Assembly (NCBI GenBank): GCA_044892525.1
Contig: CM097885.1
Location: 38,442,001-38,506,000 of the forward strand
Source of the DNA: Schmidtea polychroa
Taxonomy: Eukaryota
DNA: 64,000 nucleotides
Direction: 5' to 3'
The position numbers and the translations under genes are program-made. How positions within the stretch are numbered: position 1 is the first letter of the stretch; every line of letters starts with the position of its first letter. Below the pieces are notes generated by a model. That model was not told the origin of the DNA. It saw only the letters and a program-made list of their open reading frames with translations, and did not search any database. Below are positions 24,948 to 35,585 of this stretch, piece by piece.

Positions 24948-26333
24948 TTAAAAATCTGTTTTCTGTAGTTCATTATTATAAAATCTACCTAATATTTTTT
25001 CATTATTTAAATCAAAGATGCTATATGTTATTGGAGTTGTATAATTTATTTTATTTATAATAAAAATTTCATTTGTCCATTTTGCTGTGAATCCTTTTTC
25101 AAATTTATTTTTATATTTAAATATTCTTACTCGGTCACCAATTTTAAACTTTGGTTTTTCAATAACATCATTTTCAATATTTACCACTTTAATGGTTTCA
25201 GGCTTCATGGAAGCATTTAAAGGTGTTAATTTTATAGAACTATGTACATCATTATTATATTCATTTACAATCTTTTGTAACAATTCATTGTTCCATTTTT
25301 GTTTTCCAATAGCAGTAAAATATTTCCACATTTTATTTTTTAATGTTCTATTTAATCTTTCAACTACGACTGCTTTTCCTTCGTTTTCTGTTGAATATAA
25401 TTTAATATCATTTTCATTTAAAAACTTTGTAAAAACTTTGTTATAAAATTCTGTTCCTTTATCACACCATAAATATTTTGGGATTCTTTGATTTTCTTCA
25501 AATATATTTTCAAATGCTTCTGTAATAGAATATCCTGTTTTATTTTCTAAACACCTTGCAAAAGCAAATCTTGTATATAAATCTATTACAGTTAAAATTA
25601 TTTTATATTTTTCAGGGTCTGATGATTTGGGCATAAAGACTAAATCTGCAGACCATGTTTGATCTTTTTCATGTACTTGAACTTTTAAATATTTTTTATT
25701 TTTTCTAAATTCATGGTGTAATTCCTTTGCATATTTTATTTCTGATTCTGTTGGGGTTTGTAAACTAGTCTTGGATATATTCTCAAGGGATCTTTCAATG
25801 TCTGCTTGTTCGATAATCTTTTTATAAGCAACATCTTTTGCTATTCTAGGAAGTCTTGCACCCATGGTGATCGGACTGTGTCCTAAGCCTATGAAAATCT
25901 TACCTTTCATTGCTAATTTAACTAGAGCTCTTTGAATCTTTTCTTGGGTTGATGGATTTTGGATACTATTTAAATCATGTATTAAATTCACATCTGCAAC
26001 ATGTCTATCTCTAAGATTTGTTGAATTGTATGCAATGTCATGTTTTAAAGCTGCTTGATCAATTCTATTTATTGGTTCTTCTCCTTGTTTGGGATTATTA
26101 TTTTCATCTAATCTAATATCTAATCTTGTTCCTGGTCCGGTGTAGTTGTGTTTAAATAAATGTCTTTCACCTGGATATTTTTCTGTAGTAAAAGGTTTTA
26201 ATATTGAAGATGTTGTTTTTGAAGATTGTAGATCGCCTCCTGTATGTTTTTTAGTTTTTAAATGACTTGCTTTATGATATCTTGTAACTTGACAATTACA
26301 AGTTTCACATCTCCAATATTTATTTAGAGACAT
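24948..26333 (-). CDS. Retroviral-type (rve) integrase with N-terminal C2H2 finger and parvovirus-type PLA2 domain
   Basis: DDE motifs WSADL, WCDKGTEF and VERLNRTLK; N-terminal YTGPGT...DQAALKHDIAY...RHVAD PLA2 signature. Confidence 0.93.
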   Translation of the reverse strand: MSLNKYWRCETCNCQVTRYHKASHLKTKKHTGGDLQSSKTTSSILKPFTTEKYPGERHLFKHNYTGPGTRLDIRLDENNNPKQGEEPINRIDQAALKHDIAYNSTNLRDRHVADVNLIHDLNSIQNPSTQEKIQRALVKLAMKGKIFIGLGHSPITMGARLPRIAKDVAYKKIIEQADIERSLENISKTSLQTPTESEIKYAKELHHEFRKNKKYLKVQVHEKDQTWSADLVFMPKSSDPEKYKIILTVIDLYTRFAFARCLENKTGYSITEAFENIFEENQRIPKYLWCDKGTEFYNKVFTKFLNENDIKLYSTENEGKAVVVERLNRTLKNKMWKYFTAIGKQKWNNELLQKIVNEYNNDVHSSIKLTPLNASMKPETIKVVNIENDVIEKPKFKIGDRVRIFKYKNKFEKGFTAKWTNEIFIINKINYTTPITYSIFDLNNEKILGRFYNNELQKTDF

Positions 26334-26362
26334 TTTAAAATGTTAAAATATCAGGGATTATA

Positions 26363-27655
26363 TTAAGAATCTCCCCTAACATTTTCGATTATTGAAATCT
26401 TTCCACCATATAATTTCATTTCTATTTTCTTTTCTTCTAATATTAATGTATATACTTTAGCTTTAAAATTAGAATCCTTTGTTACATGAAGTGTAACATC
26501 AACATTATTTATGGCTAATCGATCATCTTGGTCTGATACATTTATACAAAATATAGAATATAAATTTTTGAAATCTTCTAAACTTAATTGCGGTTCAACT
26601 TTGAAATCATAACATGTTTCAATATAATTTAGATATGGGAATATGTTTTCATTATTTTCAATATTAAATTCCATTCTATTTATTGGATAATAAGAACTAT
26701 TTAATTGAATTTGGATTGTTTTTAAATTATCATCTCCAATCTTTTGAATAAATAGATTGTTATTTTTTTGGAAAGATGAATCTGTTTCTTTGAATCCAAT
26801 CAAGATATATCTTGGTCGGTATGCTAAATTTGCTACCTTTATAGAATATGTTGAACCCTCTGTCATACTAAATTCACTACAGATTCTATTTAAATAATTT
26901 ACATTTATAGACTTGTTGGAATTTAATCTTTCAAGGAGTTTAATCTCAGAATGTGGGTTTAATGTCCATTCAGGTATATGTAATTCAAGTGTTGATAATT
27001 TTAATTTAGCTTTTGTATCTACAGCTCCATAGAACAATCTTTTATCACCTTCTACTCTATTACAGATGAATTCTATAAAAACATTATGAAGTATACGATT
27101 ATAGTTTTGAAGGAATCCAAACAAGTGTTTTAATTCAAAATAACCTTCAAATTTTTTAGATTTATAAAGTTCAGCTCTTTTATGGTAACCATGGTTTACA
27201 TCTAAACCATCTTTATCTAAATCCCCTTTATTAACATCAGGAATCCAACCTGTTAATTCACCATATTCGTTTTTATAATCACAACCAGTCAAAATAAAAT
27301 TTAACATTGTAGAATATACTCCCGGATGCAAAACAGTTTCAATTTCTGATGATCCTAGTTTTAATCTCATGTTGGAGAATAAATTTGTAAAGAAATTATT
27401 TTCTAGGGTTATATCTTTGTTTGCTTCAATTTCTAATTCTACTTTGTAATATAATTTGGCATTACAAATATCTATTGGGTTTGATGTTTGAAGAGATTGA
27501 AAAACTATATCACCCCTACGATTTAAGTTTGCAATAGATCCTGAAGTTGGAGAGATTTTTAAAATATCATTTTTTTTAATTTCATGAGTAAATTCTTTAT
27601 TATAATCAAGATTTAATTTATTTTTTTCTTGAATTTTAAGATTTATGTTATTCAT
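26363..27655 (-). CDS. Major capsid protein (double jelly-roll, hexon-like)
   Basis: 430 aa, beta-rich, with NLFSNMRLKLGSSEIE, LKHLFGFL, RPRYILIGF, IQLNSSYYP and FKNLYSIFCINVS patterns typical of Polinton MCPs; position in the virion module. Confidence 0.85.
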   Translation of the reverse strand: MNNINLKIQEKNKLNLDYNKEFTHEIKKNDILKISPTSGSIANLNRRGDIVFQSLQTSNPIDICNAKLYYKVELEIEANKDITLENNFFTNLFSNMRLKLGSSEIETVLHPGVYSTMLNFILTGCDYKNEYGELTGWIPDVNKGDLDKDGLDVNHGYHKRAELYKSKKFEGYFELKHLFGFLQNYNRILHNVFIEFICNRVEGDKRLFYGAVDTKAKLKLSTLELHIPEWTLNPHSEIKLLERLNSNKSINVNYLNRICSEFSMTEGSTYSIKVANLAYRPRYILIGFKETDSSFQKNNNLFIQKIGDDNLKTIQIQLNSSYYPINRMEFNIENNENIFPYLNYIETCYDFKVEPQLSLEDFKNLYSIFCINVSDQDDRLAINNVDVTLHVTKDSNFKAKVYTLILEEKKIEMKLYGGKISIIENVRGDS

Positions 27656-27711
27656 TTTTATATATTAAAATTTACACACACAAAATAGGATTAATTAAAT
27701 ATATTATGTAA

Positions 27712-27791
27712 GCCATTATAGCGGAGTGAGAATAGGCTTCAATTTTATCACCGGGAGTACCGGGTTCAATTTTCGATTTTGGTCAATTTTT
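27712..27791 (+). ncRNA. tRNA-like Pol III cassette 1
   Basis: A-box-like TAGCGGAGTG at 27719, B-box-like GGTTCAA at 27763 (44-nt spacing), partial acceptor stem, T5 run. Confidence 0.5.
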
Positions 27792-27954
27792 ATCGATATT
27801 TTTTTTCTACGGAATCTGATTCAGCGTACTGATTTTAGTATATATTTAAATTTTCAGATGGATCTGAGTGGTAGTTGTCGAGAAAATGAATAATTAATTA
27901 TTAATTTCATCAATAAATAGTCACACATTAACAACTTATTTTATATTGAGTATA

Positions 27955-28036
27955 GCTCTAATAGCTTAGTGGTAATAGCACTCGACTGCATTGCCAATAC
28001 CAATGGGTTCAAATCCCATTTCGGTCATTTTTTTTC
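27955..28036 (+). ncRNA. tRNA-like Pol III cassette 2
   Basis: A-box TAGCTTAGTGG at 27962, B-box GGTTCAAATCC at 28006 in a perfect T-arm ATGGG/CCCAT, CTGCA at the anticodon position but unpaired anticodon stem, long T terminator. Confidence 0.65.
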
Positions 28037-28191
28037 AAATTTTTTTTAACGAAATATTGATCAGCATACTCGATTTAGTACTTGTACAAATTTTTAAGGA
28101 GATTGGTCAACGGCAACTCTTGGAAATTTAAGATCAAAAACGTTTTAACTACCAAAAATTAATATATCCAATAAAAAAAATATTTATAAAA

Positions 28192-28488
28192 ATGGATGAG
28201 TTAAAAGAAAGAATGAGAAATGAATTGAATGAAGTTAAACATAAGAGAATGAAAAGAAGAGAAGAAGAACCATTAGAATACATCAAAGAGTTGATGGTAG
28301 ATAATGAAAAGTATCGACATTTTTATATGAAGGCTGTAGATGTTGCTGATATAAGATTGAAGAAAATGAAACAATTACAGGAAAGAGTTAAAGAACTTGA
28401 ATCGATTATTTATAGTCTAAAAAATGACAAAAATTCAAACCTTGATGGCGCAGTGGGAATAGACTGGCACAGTGGTTCAAATGGATAG
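28192..28488 (+). CDS. Small coiled-coil Polinton protein (98 aa)
   Basis: TAAAAATG start like the other element genes; charged heptad pattern; 3' end overlaps cassette 3. Confidence 0.55.
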   Translation: MDELKERMRNELNEVKHKRMKRREEEPLEYIKELMVDNEKYRHFYMKAVDVADIRLKKMKQLQERVKELESIIYSLKNDKNSNLDGAVGIDWHSGSNG

Positions 28489-28521
28489 TGGTTCAAATCA
28501 CATCTGAGGTTAGTTTTTTTT
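28439..28521 (+). ncRNA. tRNA-like Pol III cassette 3
   Basis: A-box TGGCGCAGTGG at 28446, B-box GGTTCAAATC at 28490 (44-nt spacing), acceptor stem ACCTTG/TGAGGT, T8 terminator. Confidence 0.6.
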
Positions 28522-29099
28522 CAACATAAAATAATATTAAAAATTTGAAAATAATATTGAAAATAGTGTGGGTATCTTATATTTATAAAGTACTTGTATA
28601 TTTTATTTTATTTATTTTATTTTATTTTATTTTTTTATTAATTAATTATTTTTTAAACATAAATATGAAAAAAAAAATATTGAAACAGGTGATGGTGGCG
28701 AACTGGTAATTATCGCCACCTGTCTTTCGAACACCCCCGGATCGATTCCGGTAATGTGCACATTTATTTCTCAGTTGTTTTCGGACCTCTTTCGGATTCG
28801 CTTTCGAATTCATTTGTACTTTCGAGCAGCACACTTGAAACGCCGATGAAATCGTATTCGAGCGAGAAGCGAATAATAAAGTGTGCTGCTATTATCGAAT
28901 TGATTCTGATGTATGAGTCTGGCCAGCTTGTATATTGGAAGAGATTTGATAAACGAAAGAGGTTGAATAAAAAAAAATGATCCGGATCAAAAAAAAAACT
29001 GTTGAGAGGACAGTGAAAAAAAAAAAAAACCACTGTCCTCTCAGAGCAGTTTTACTATTTCATAAAATTTTTTATTTTTAAAACTTTCAAAACCTTAAG

Positions 29100-29431
29100 G
29101 TGATCAGGCGACCTAGATCATTATGAATTAGGTAATCTGATATTCTTATAACATTAAATCCTTATAACATTAAATCCTTAAGACCAAGTAGTGAGGAATC
29201 TATGCACCCCGTTACCTTTTCTCGGAATTACTAATCTATAAATACATCTATTCCGAACTTTTTTACTTTTAAGGGAAGAAATTAAGGGTTAATGGCAATA
29301 GGGGACAAAGTTTAAAAGTTAAAAAAAAGTGAAGAATATGGGGTAAAAAAGCATATAAATGTGGAAAATATGGGTCAATAGCGCTGTTTTTTTAGGGTGG
29401 GGGTGCTGGGGTGCATAGATTCCTCACTACT
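29100..29431 (-). repeat. Polinton right terminal inverted repeat
   Basis: Reverse complement of 15587-15918. Confidence 0.95.
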
Positions 29432-29614
29432 AATGTTACTGAACAGTATTGATCTTTATAATGTCTGCAACAACTTTCTTTCATTCTATCGTTCATTACT
29501 TTCAAACAAATATCAATTTCTAAATAAATGATCTAACTTACCGCAAATAATACTTGCCTTGTTGAACGTAAATTTTCATTTTCTCCAAAATAATAACACT
29601 GATTTCATTTTCAC

Positions 29615-30592
29615 TGTTTAGGATACCTAAATGACAAATTTACGAATAAATAAATAAAATTACTTGGGGGAAAATCGTTATGACAAAGGGGACGATCTAT
29701 GGGAAAAAGAAAATGGAAGTAAAAAGAAACAAGAAATGAGAAAGATAATACGAACAAAAGAAAGCAAACAAGGAATTAAAATAAAGGTCGTTGCTAATTA
29801 ATTAGTACAAAAGGAAAAGGAATTTCAAAATCGGGAAAAACAGAAACAACAACAATGTACTTATCTCGACAGCTTGTCAAAGATAACGGGAACGAAAAGA
29901 AAACAGGTCGGATCGGTAAAAAGGAAAAACTAGAGAATAACTTGATGGCTGTCAAAGATAACTCTATTGCAGTGAAAAGTCGGGGAATTATGTTGGAGGA
30001 AAAAATGGGAAATTAAAGATAATCTGAAGTGTCACAAAGTGACGAAGTATAAAAGAGGAAGCACAGCAGAAGCAAACAGAACAATTATGAGGAGACAGTT
30101 AAGAGAAGAACAGTTGAAGAAAAATATTTATGACAAAACAGTTAAAGGAGAATTTGCGAGGTAATATTTGCGTCAGAATATTGTGGAACAGAGTTGCGAC
30201 GGAAGATTTGAGACATAATATTGCATCAAAGGACAGAATAATTGAGATTAGCAGCAGAAACTTATTTAATTGATAACCGAGTAAGTTCGGCGACTAAATC
30301 CAAGTCAAACTAGAAAACAACCAGTTAAATGACCAATTATTATACTTCTCAGTAGTGAGAGATTTGTCAAATCAAGAGTATACGCGTATGCTATTCTTCG
30401 CCATAGTTTGTAATAAGCACTGTACAATCAGTAGCTAGCTTGTTGAGCCAATTGTATCATGGAGAAAATATTTGTGATATTCAATAAAGTTTTCAGTGTT
30501 ACTTGTAATTTATGGGTCAACTAAAGCCACGCTTGGAGTCAGAGAAACAATTTATTTAATTTAAATTTCACCATCAACCCAATAACCCAACA
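29615..30592. mobile_element. Solo LTR (family B), about 980 bp
   Basis: TGTT...AACA termini, near-TSD TCAC/TAAC, both ends homologous to 36937-37282. Confidence 0.75.
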
Positions 30593-31374
30593 TAACTCTT
30601 AATTCAAATGTTGCAAGGTAATTTTGTTCCACCTAAGTTAATTCATAAATTTCGTTGAAAATCAATTTTTATGACGTGAAAAAGCCAATAAACCAGCTTC
30701 TCGTATCTTCATCATTTATGCTGATATTTTGTAATCTTTCGATAGAATATTAGTTTCTTCAATCTGCAATAAATCAACATTTCCGATTAAGTTTAAAGCA
30801 TTCATTCCAATCTAATCCTCGATGTTGTTCAGCCACTTTACTACTTCCAAAAGACTTCTTCCATTAAAATGTTTCATAGTGAAATTTAAAATATCTTTTG
30901 TCTTCTTAGGTAACGAATTTAAAATTATTTACTTTTGCTGTTTACTTCTAATTGCATTAACAGGCTTGTTTTTAATGTGGTCACCAGTAATAAGATTTTG
31001 AATCATTTCAAATTCTATTTCAAATTACAATAATAATATTAAAACAACTAATTATTATTTAAAACAATAAAATGATAATTTAAGCCTTTTGCTGCAAATA
31101 ATGTTTTTAATGAAAAAATTTTCGATTATAAGATAGTCCTTGTCAATCTCCTGGAATTTAGCAATGTTCTTCCCGAAAATACCTTTCAATCTTTCTTTTA
31201 TTTCCTTTCTCTTAATTCTCATTGGTTCTAAATATAATATATACTTTCGTTTTGTGAATTTGTGAATTTTTTTATTTATTAAAAATTTTAAAAATTTTAT
31301 TGAAAATTAAAATTAAAAATAAAATAAAATAAATACCATTTAAAATTTCAAAATGACCCAAATTGTCTATCCGA

Positions 31375-33210
31375 AGGTGAAAAAGGATTACTTTCACTAG
31401 GACCAAAGTTCAGTATAAACAGAGAAATAGATGAAGCAGCCATCCTCAATTTCAAAACAGCTTTTTGTTGCATTGCGTACCAGATCAAATGGAACAATAC
31501 AATACCTCATGAAAATGAAAATAGCGAAGAAAGGCTCCTAGTATACATAAACACGATAAACTTTATCAACCAAATCCTGATGCAGAATTGGATTCAACAT
31601 TCTCAAAGGTCTGTCACAAAATCATGTAGATAGTTGAGAAGGAAAAAAAAAGAAAACCATATCTCTCAAACCTAACGAAAGATGAACAAGCAATATTAAA
31701 ATCCCTTAAAAAGAAACCATACGTTTACTTGCCAAGTGACAAAGGGGGAGAATTTTGCATTATAGGGAAGAATCGTTACTGTGAAGCTGGTTACGAACAC
31801 CTCGGCAACATCGAAACATACAAGAAAGTCAGCCGCATGTCACCAAACACCATCGAAATGAAGATCAACAAAGTATGGAAAGCCATAGCTTTGGAAATGA
31901 AGCTCAACAGAATAACCAACAGCTTTGTCACAACAACTTCTGATCTTCCCAACTTCTACCACCTAATTAAAACTCACAAAGAGGGTCCTGGTATCAAAAT
32001 TAGACCTATAGTGTCCAACAAAAATGGACCAACAACTAAAACAAGTTGGCTCCTTGCAAAGATCTTGAAACCTTTATTGGACACGATACCACACCATCTT
32101 CAAAGCAGCGACTGCCTCATGGCAAGATTAAGTAATAACATAACTTCTCATAGAGCATTCAAATACCCATTCAGTCTTGATGTCGACACATCTATCGAAC
32201 CAAAAGAGGCTATTCAATGTTTAGAAAAGAAATTAAGAGAAAGCAACTTGTTAATAAAGGAAATGAATATCGAGAATATCACCAAACTACTTACTGTTAT
32301 CCTCGAGAACAGCTATTTTACCTTTGAACAAAATATCTATAAACAAGTTAAAGGTCTGCCTATGGGTTCTAGCATATAAGGACTTCTAGCAATCACCTTT
32401 TTATAACCTCGAACAACAGACACTGAGGACCATACAACCCATCGGTTTCTATGCAAGATATGTAGATGATATCTTCATCACGACCAAAAGCAGAAAAGAA
32501 GCGGAGGAAATATTTCATACATTCAATGCGGCTCACCGAGATATTAAGTTCGAAATCGAATATCCGGAAGAAGATGGATCCCTCAATTTATTGGATTTGA
32601 GAATTAAAATAGAAGCAAATACTCCAACATACGGGTTCTACAGAAAACCAGCTCACAAAGAAATATTTATGCACCAAAGATCATACTTACAGAAAGTACA
32701 TGTCATATGAAACGAGAAATGAAGAATAGCCAATCGATGAACGGAAAAATACGAAAACTTTAAAGAACAATCAAATTTCAATAAAATCCTACACAGAAAC
32801 AAATACCAAAGTGAGGACATTGAAAGAATGAATTCTACCCCAAAAAGATCTAGGGAATTAACACAAAAGAATCAGAAATATTTCTATCTGAATATCCCAT
32901 TCATCAGTGACATATTCGACTTCAAGATCCTGAAAGAACTTAAACGTACCGGTCTTCCAATTCGGATAGCACATAAATCTTGGACACTGAGAAGGGCTCT
33001 GGCAGGCAACATAAATAGAGAAAAAAATTGCACAATGAAAAACTGCCAGACACCGAAAGATATGTGCTTTAGAAAAACATCGTCTATTGCGTCACGTGCA
33101 ATGTATGCAATGAAATCTACATTGGAAGTACACTCAAGACCTTGCACCAAAGAGTTAAAGAACACCTAGATCCTGGTGGAACATCCTCGTTGGGCAGACA
33201 TCTCCGAGAT
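31375..33210 (+). mobile_element. Penelope-like retroelement (RT plus GIY-YIG), pseudogenised
   Basis: PSDKGG, FYHLIKTHK..IRPIVS, SLDV, YKQVKGLPMGS, RYVDDIF, LLDL..YRKP, then VYCVTC..C..IYIGST...RVKEH. Confidence 0.9.
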
Positions 33211-33217
33211 CCGATCT

Positions 33218-33509
33218 CGTTTATAAATTCACATGTAATGGGCGTAATGCCACATACATTGGAGAGACTTCCCGTCATCTCTGTACTCGAGTTCAAGAAC
33301 ACTGTCGACCGAAGGGAGTGTCCAATATTAAGGATCACAATAAAGTCTGTATGAGAGAATTAGGAATGTCTGATTTTAAAATCTTATCAAAAAATTTTGA
33401 TAATTGTTTTGAGCGTGTGATATCTGAAGCATTATTGATAAGAACTTTTAGTCCTAAAAACAACGTGCAGAATGCAGTGAATACGTGTGTGTTGAATGTT
33501 TTTAATTAA
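33218..33509 (+). pseudogene. Second GIY-YIG endonuclease (3' end of a different Penelope-like element)
   Basis: VYKFTC...TYIGETSRHLCTRVQEH...FKIL...ISEALLIRTFSPKNNVQ. Confidence 0.8.
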
Positions 33510-33787
33510 GTTTTTGTATGTTGATGTATTAATAATAGTTATGTTAAATAATTAAAATAATATTTTTTAAATAATTTTTAAAAGTTTAAATATAATTGAT
33601 TATTTAAAATTGTTTTTAAAAAAAGAATTATTATTAAAAATTTATTTTTATTATTATTATTTTACATTTACATTTAATATATTCTAACAAGAGCGTAAAT
33701 TGTAACAATAATATTTCAATTTGAATAACATTTTAATTAGTAATTATTAGAATTATTATAAAATAAAGCTGTATTAATTTTAAATAA

Positions 33788-34012
33788 AAAGGGCATTAAT
33801 TTTTCAAAAAAAAACAAAACAAAGTTATTCATGAAAAATAATAATTCTTACTTAAAACTAATTATCTAAAATAATTGGACAAATGAATTATTAAATGATA
33901 AAACACATTTAATAATTCATTTGTCCAATTATTTTAGATAATTAGTTTTAAGTAAGAATTATTATTTTTCATGAATAACCTTTTTTTGTTTTTTTTTTGA
34001 AAAATTAATGCC

Positions 34013-34016
<4 letters not shown>
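33788..34016. repeat. Long near-perfect palindrome (about 110-bp arms, 8-nt loop) followed by (TA)n
   Basis: Arms meet at ...TTAAATG ATAAAACA CATTTAA... Confidence 0.92.
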
Positions 34017-34077
<61 letters not shown>

Positions 34078-34096
34078 ATTCACATAAATTTAATTG

Positions 34097-34885
34097 TTAA
34101 AGTGATTGTTTCGATTTGTATTCATTTGTCGACGGAGCAGTTGCGATATGCATTTGACGAATCTTATAGTGACTGTAGGCATAGCTTTCGTTACAATTGA
34201 ACCAATACCTTTTATCATCCAAACATTGGATAGCTCGTTGATGATTGACACTTCCTATTGTCTTTTGTTGGATGCTCACTGTTCCACCATCAGTATACAG
34301 TTTTTTATAGGCTTCATGGTTGATATTAGAATTTGTAAGACTTATTCTATTTGAGAACAACAGATCGGTCACTGGATAATTTGAAATATCTAGGTGCCCA
34401 TCGGCAATCATTTTTGATATAGTTGTAAGAGTAAATCTACATTTTTACACTCTAAAAAGAAGGAATCTGTATCACCAGCTACGATATTAATTTGACAATT
34501 GAATTCTTCTCTATAACTCTGTAGTTCTTTATATTGAAACTGGTACATGCGAAGTTTAGATAAATCAAGTACGGTTTGTCCAATATACATTGGTCTATCC
34601 AAACACACAATTTCCTTATTGAGCATAACAGCAATGAAATCATCCGCAATCTTGATGCTACGAAGAAACAGGATGACTACAATAAGTTGCATAATCTCAA
34701 ATTTATACGTTTCTTCAAGTTTTCCACAGTTTTACAGTATAAACTGTTGTTCTTTAACTTATAATAATCTCGCTGAAATGAATCTGTACTAGCTGCTCTC
34801 ATTTGGGTATCGATATCAATATATACTTTGAAAATAGCCACTTGCTTGAATTCTAAAGCACGATTAACTTTTGTGACTTTTGCTA
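34097..34885 (-). pseudogene. Polinton pPolB C-terminal fragment of a different lineage
   Basis: YYKLKNNSLYCKTVEN, DRPMYIGQTVLDLSKLRMY, AGDTDSFF and LDDKRYW; frameshifts. Confidence 0.88.
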
Positions 34886-34954
34886 ACTTTTTGCATGACC
34901 AAAACCATGTGCCCGCAAGACCACTAATAATATTTTGAAAAATAATAATAATTT

Positions 34955-35181
34955 TTTGATGAGTCATCGGAGGAGTCATTGTCTTTGTTCTACAAAAAAT
35001 TTATTTTTAAAAAAATTTGGTGGGGGAGTGGGTACAGACTATGTGGTCTTGCAGGCACATGGTTTTGCGGGCACACATCCATCTACTTATGACATTAAAA
35101 ATAATAATAATAATAATAATAGTAATAATAATAATAATTATAATAATAATGATAATAATAGTAATAACAATAATATTAATT

Positions 35182-35279
<98 letters not shown>

Positions 35280-35585
35280 TTTAATAATAACATCTTTGTT
35301 CTAGTGAAGTCATGTTTTTATGAGTCATTGTTTTTGTTCAAAAAATAGATGATGAGTCGTGTGATGAATCATTGTCTTTGTTTAAATGTCTTTGTTTTAA
35401 AATGGATGAGTCACATGTCCTTGAATGACCTCGACGACTCATATGACCTTGAGCGACCTTGATGAATCATTGATGAGTCACGTGACCTTGATGAGTCAAC
35501 GATGAGTCATCTCAAAATTTTAAAAAAATTTCAATTTTTAAAAAATTTCTGGGGAAGGGGTTTGAGGAGCACACTTCCCTCTACT
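34955..35585. mobile_element. Two tandem Polinton-like termini with GATGAGTCA arrays, separated by (AAT)n
   Basis: GCACACATCCATCTACT ends at 35087 and GCACACTTCCCTCTACT ends at 35585 (AGTAG-type ends); adjacent to the pPolB fragment. Confidence 0.55.
35100..35290. repeat. (AAT)n microsatellite
   Basis: Visible directly; produces poly-Asn and poly-Ile ORFs. Confidence 0.95.

Larger units (their letters stand above)
15587..29431. mobile_element. Polinton/Maverick (adintovirus-like) endogenous dsDNA virus, 13,845 bp
   Basis: AGTAGT...ACTACT termini, about 332-bp TIRs, 6-bp TSD AATGTT (15581-15586 and 29432-29437), and pPolB, integrase, ATPase, protease and capsid genes. Confidence 0.97.

Noticed and set aside
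27955..28027. Functional tRNA-Cys(GCA) gene
   Set aside because: Anticodon and acceptor stems do not pair; reported as a tRNA-like Pol III cassette instead
34935..35348. Poly-Asn and poly-Ile ORFs
   Set aside because: Translation of the (AAT)n microsatellite
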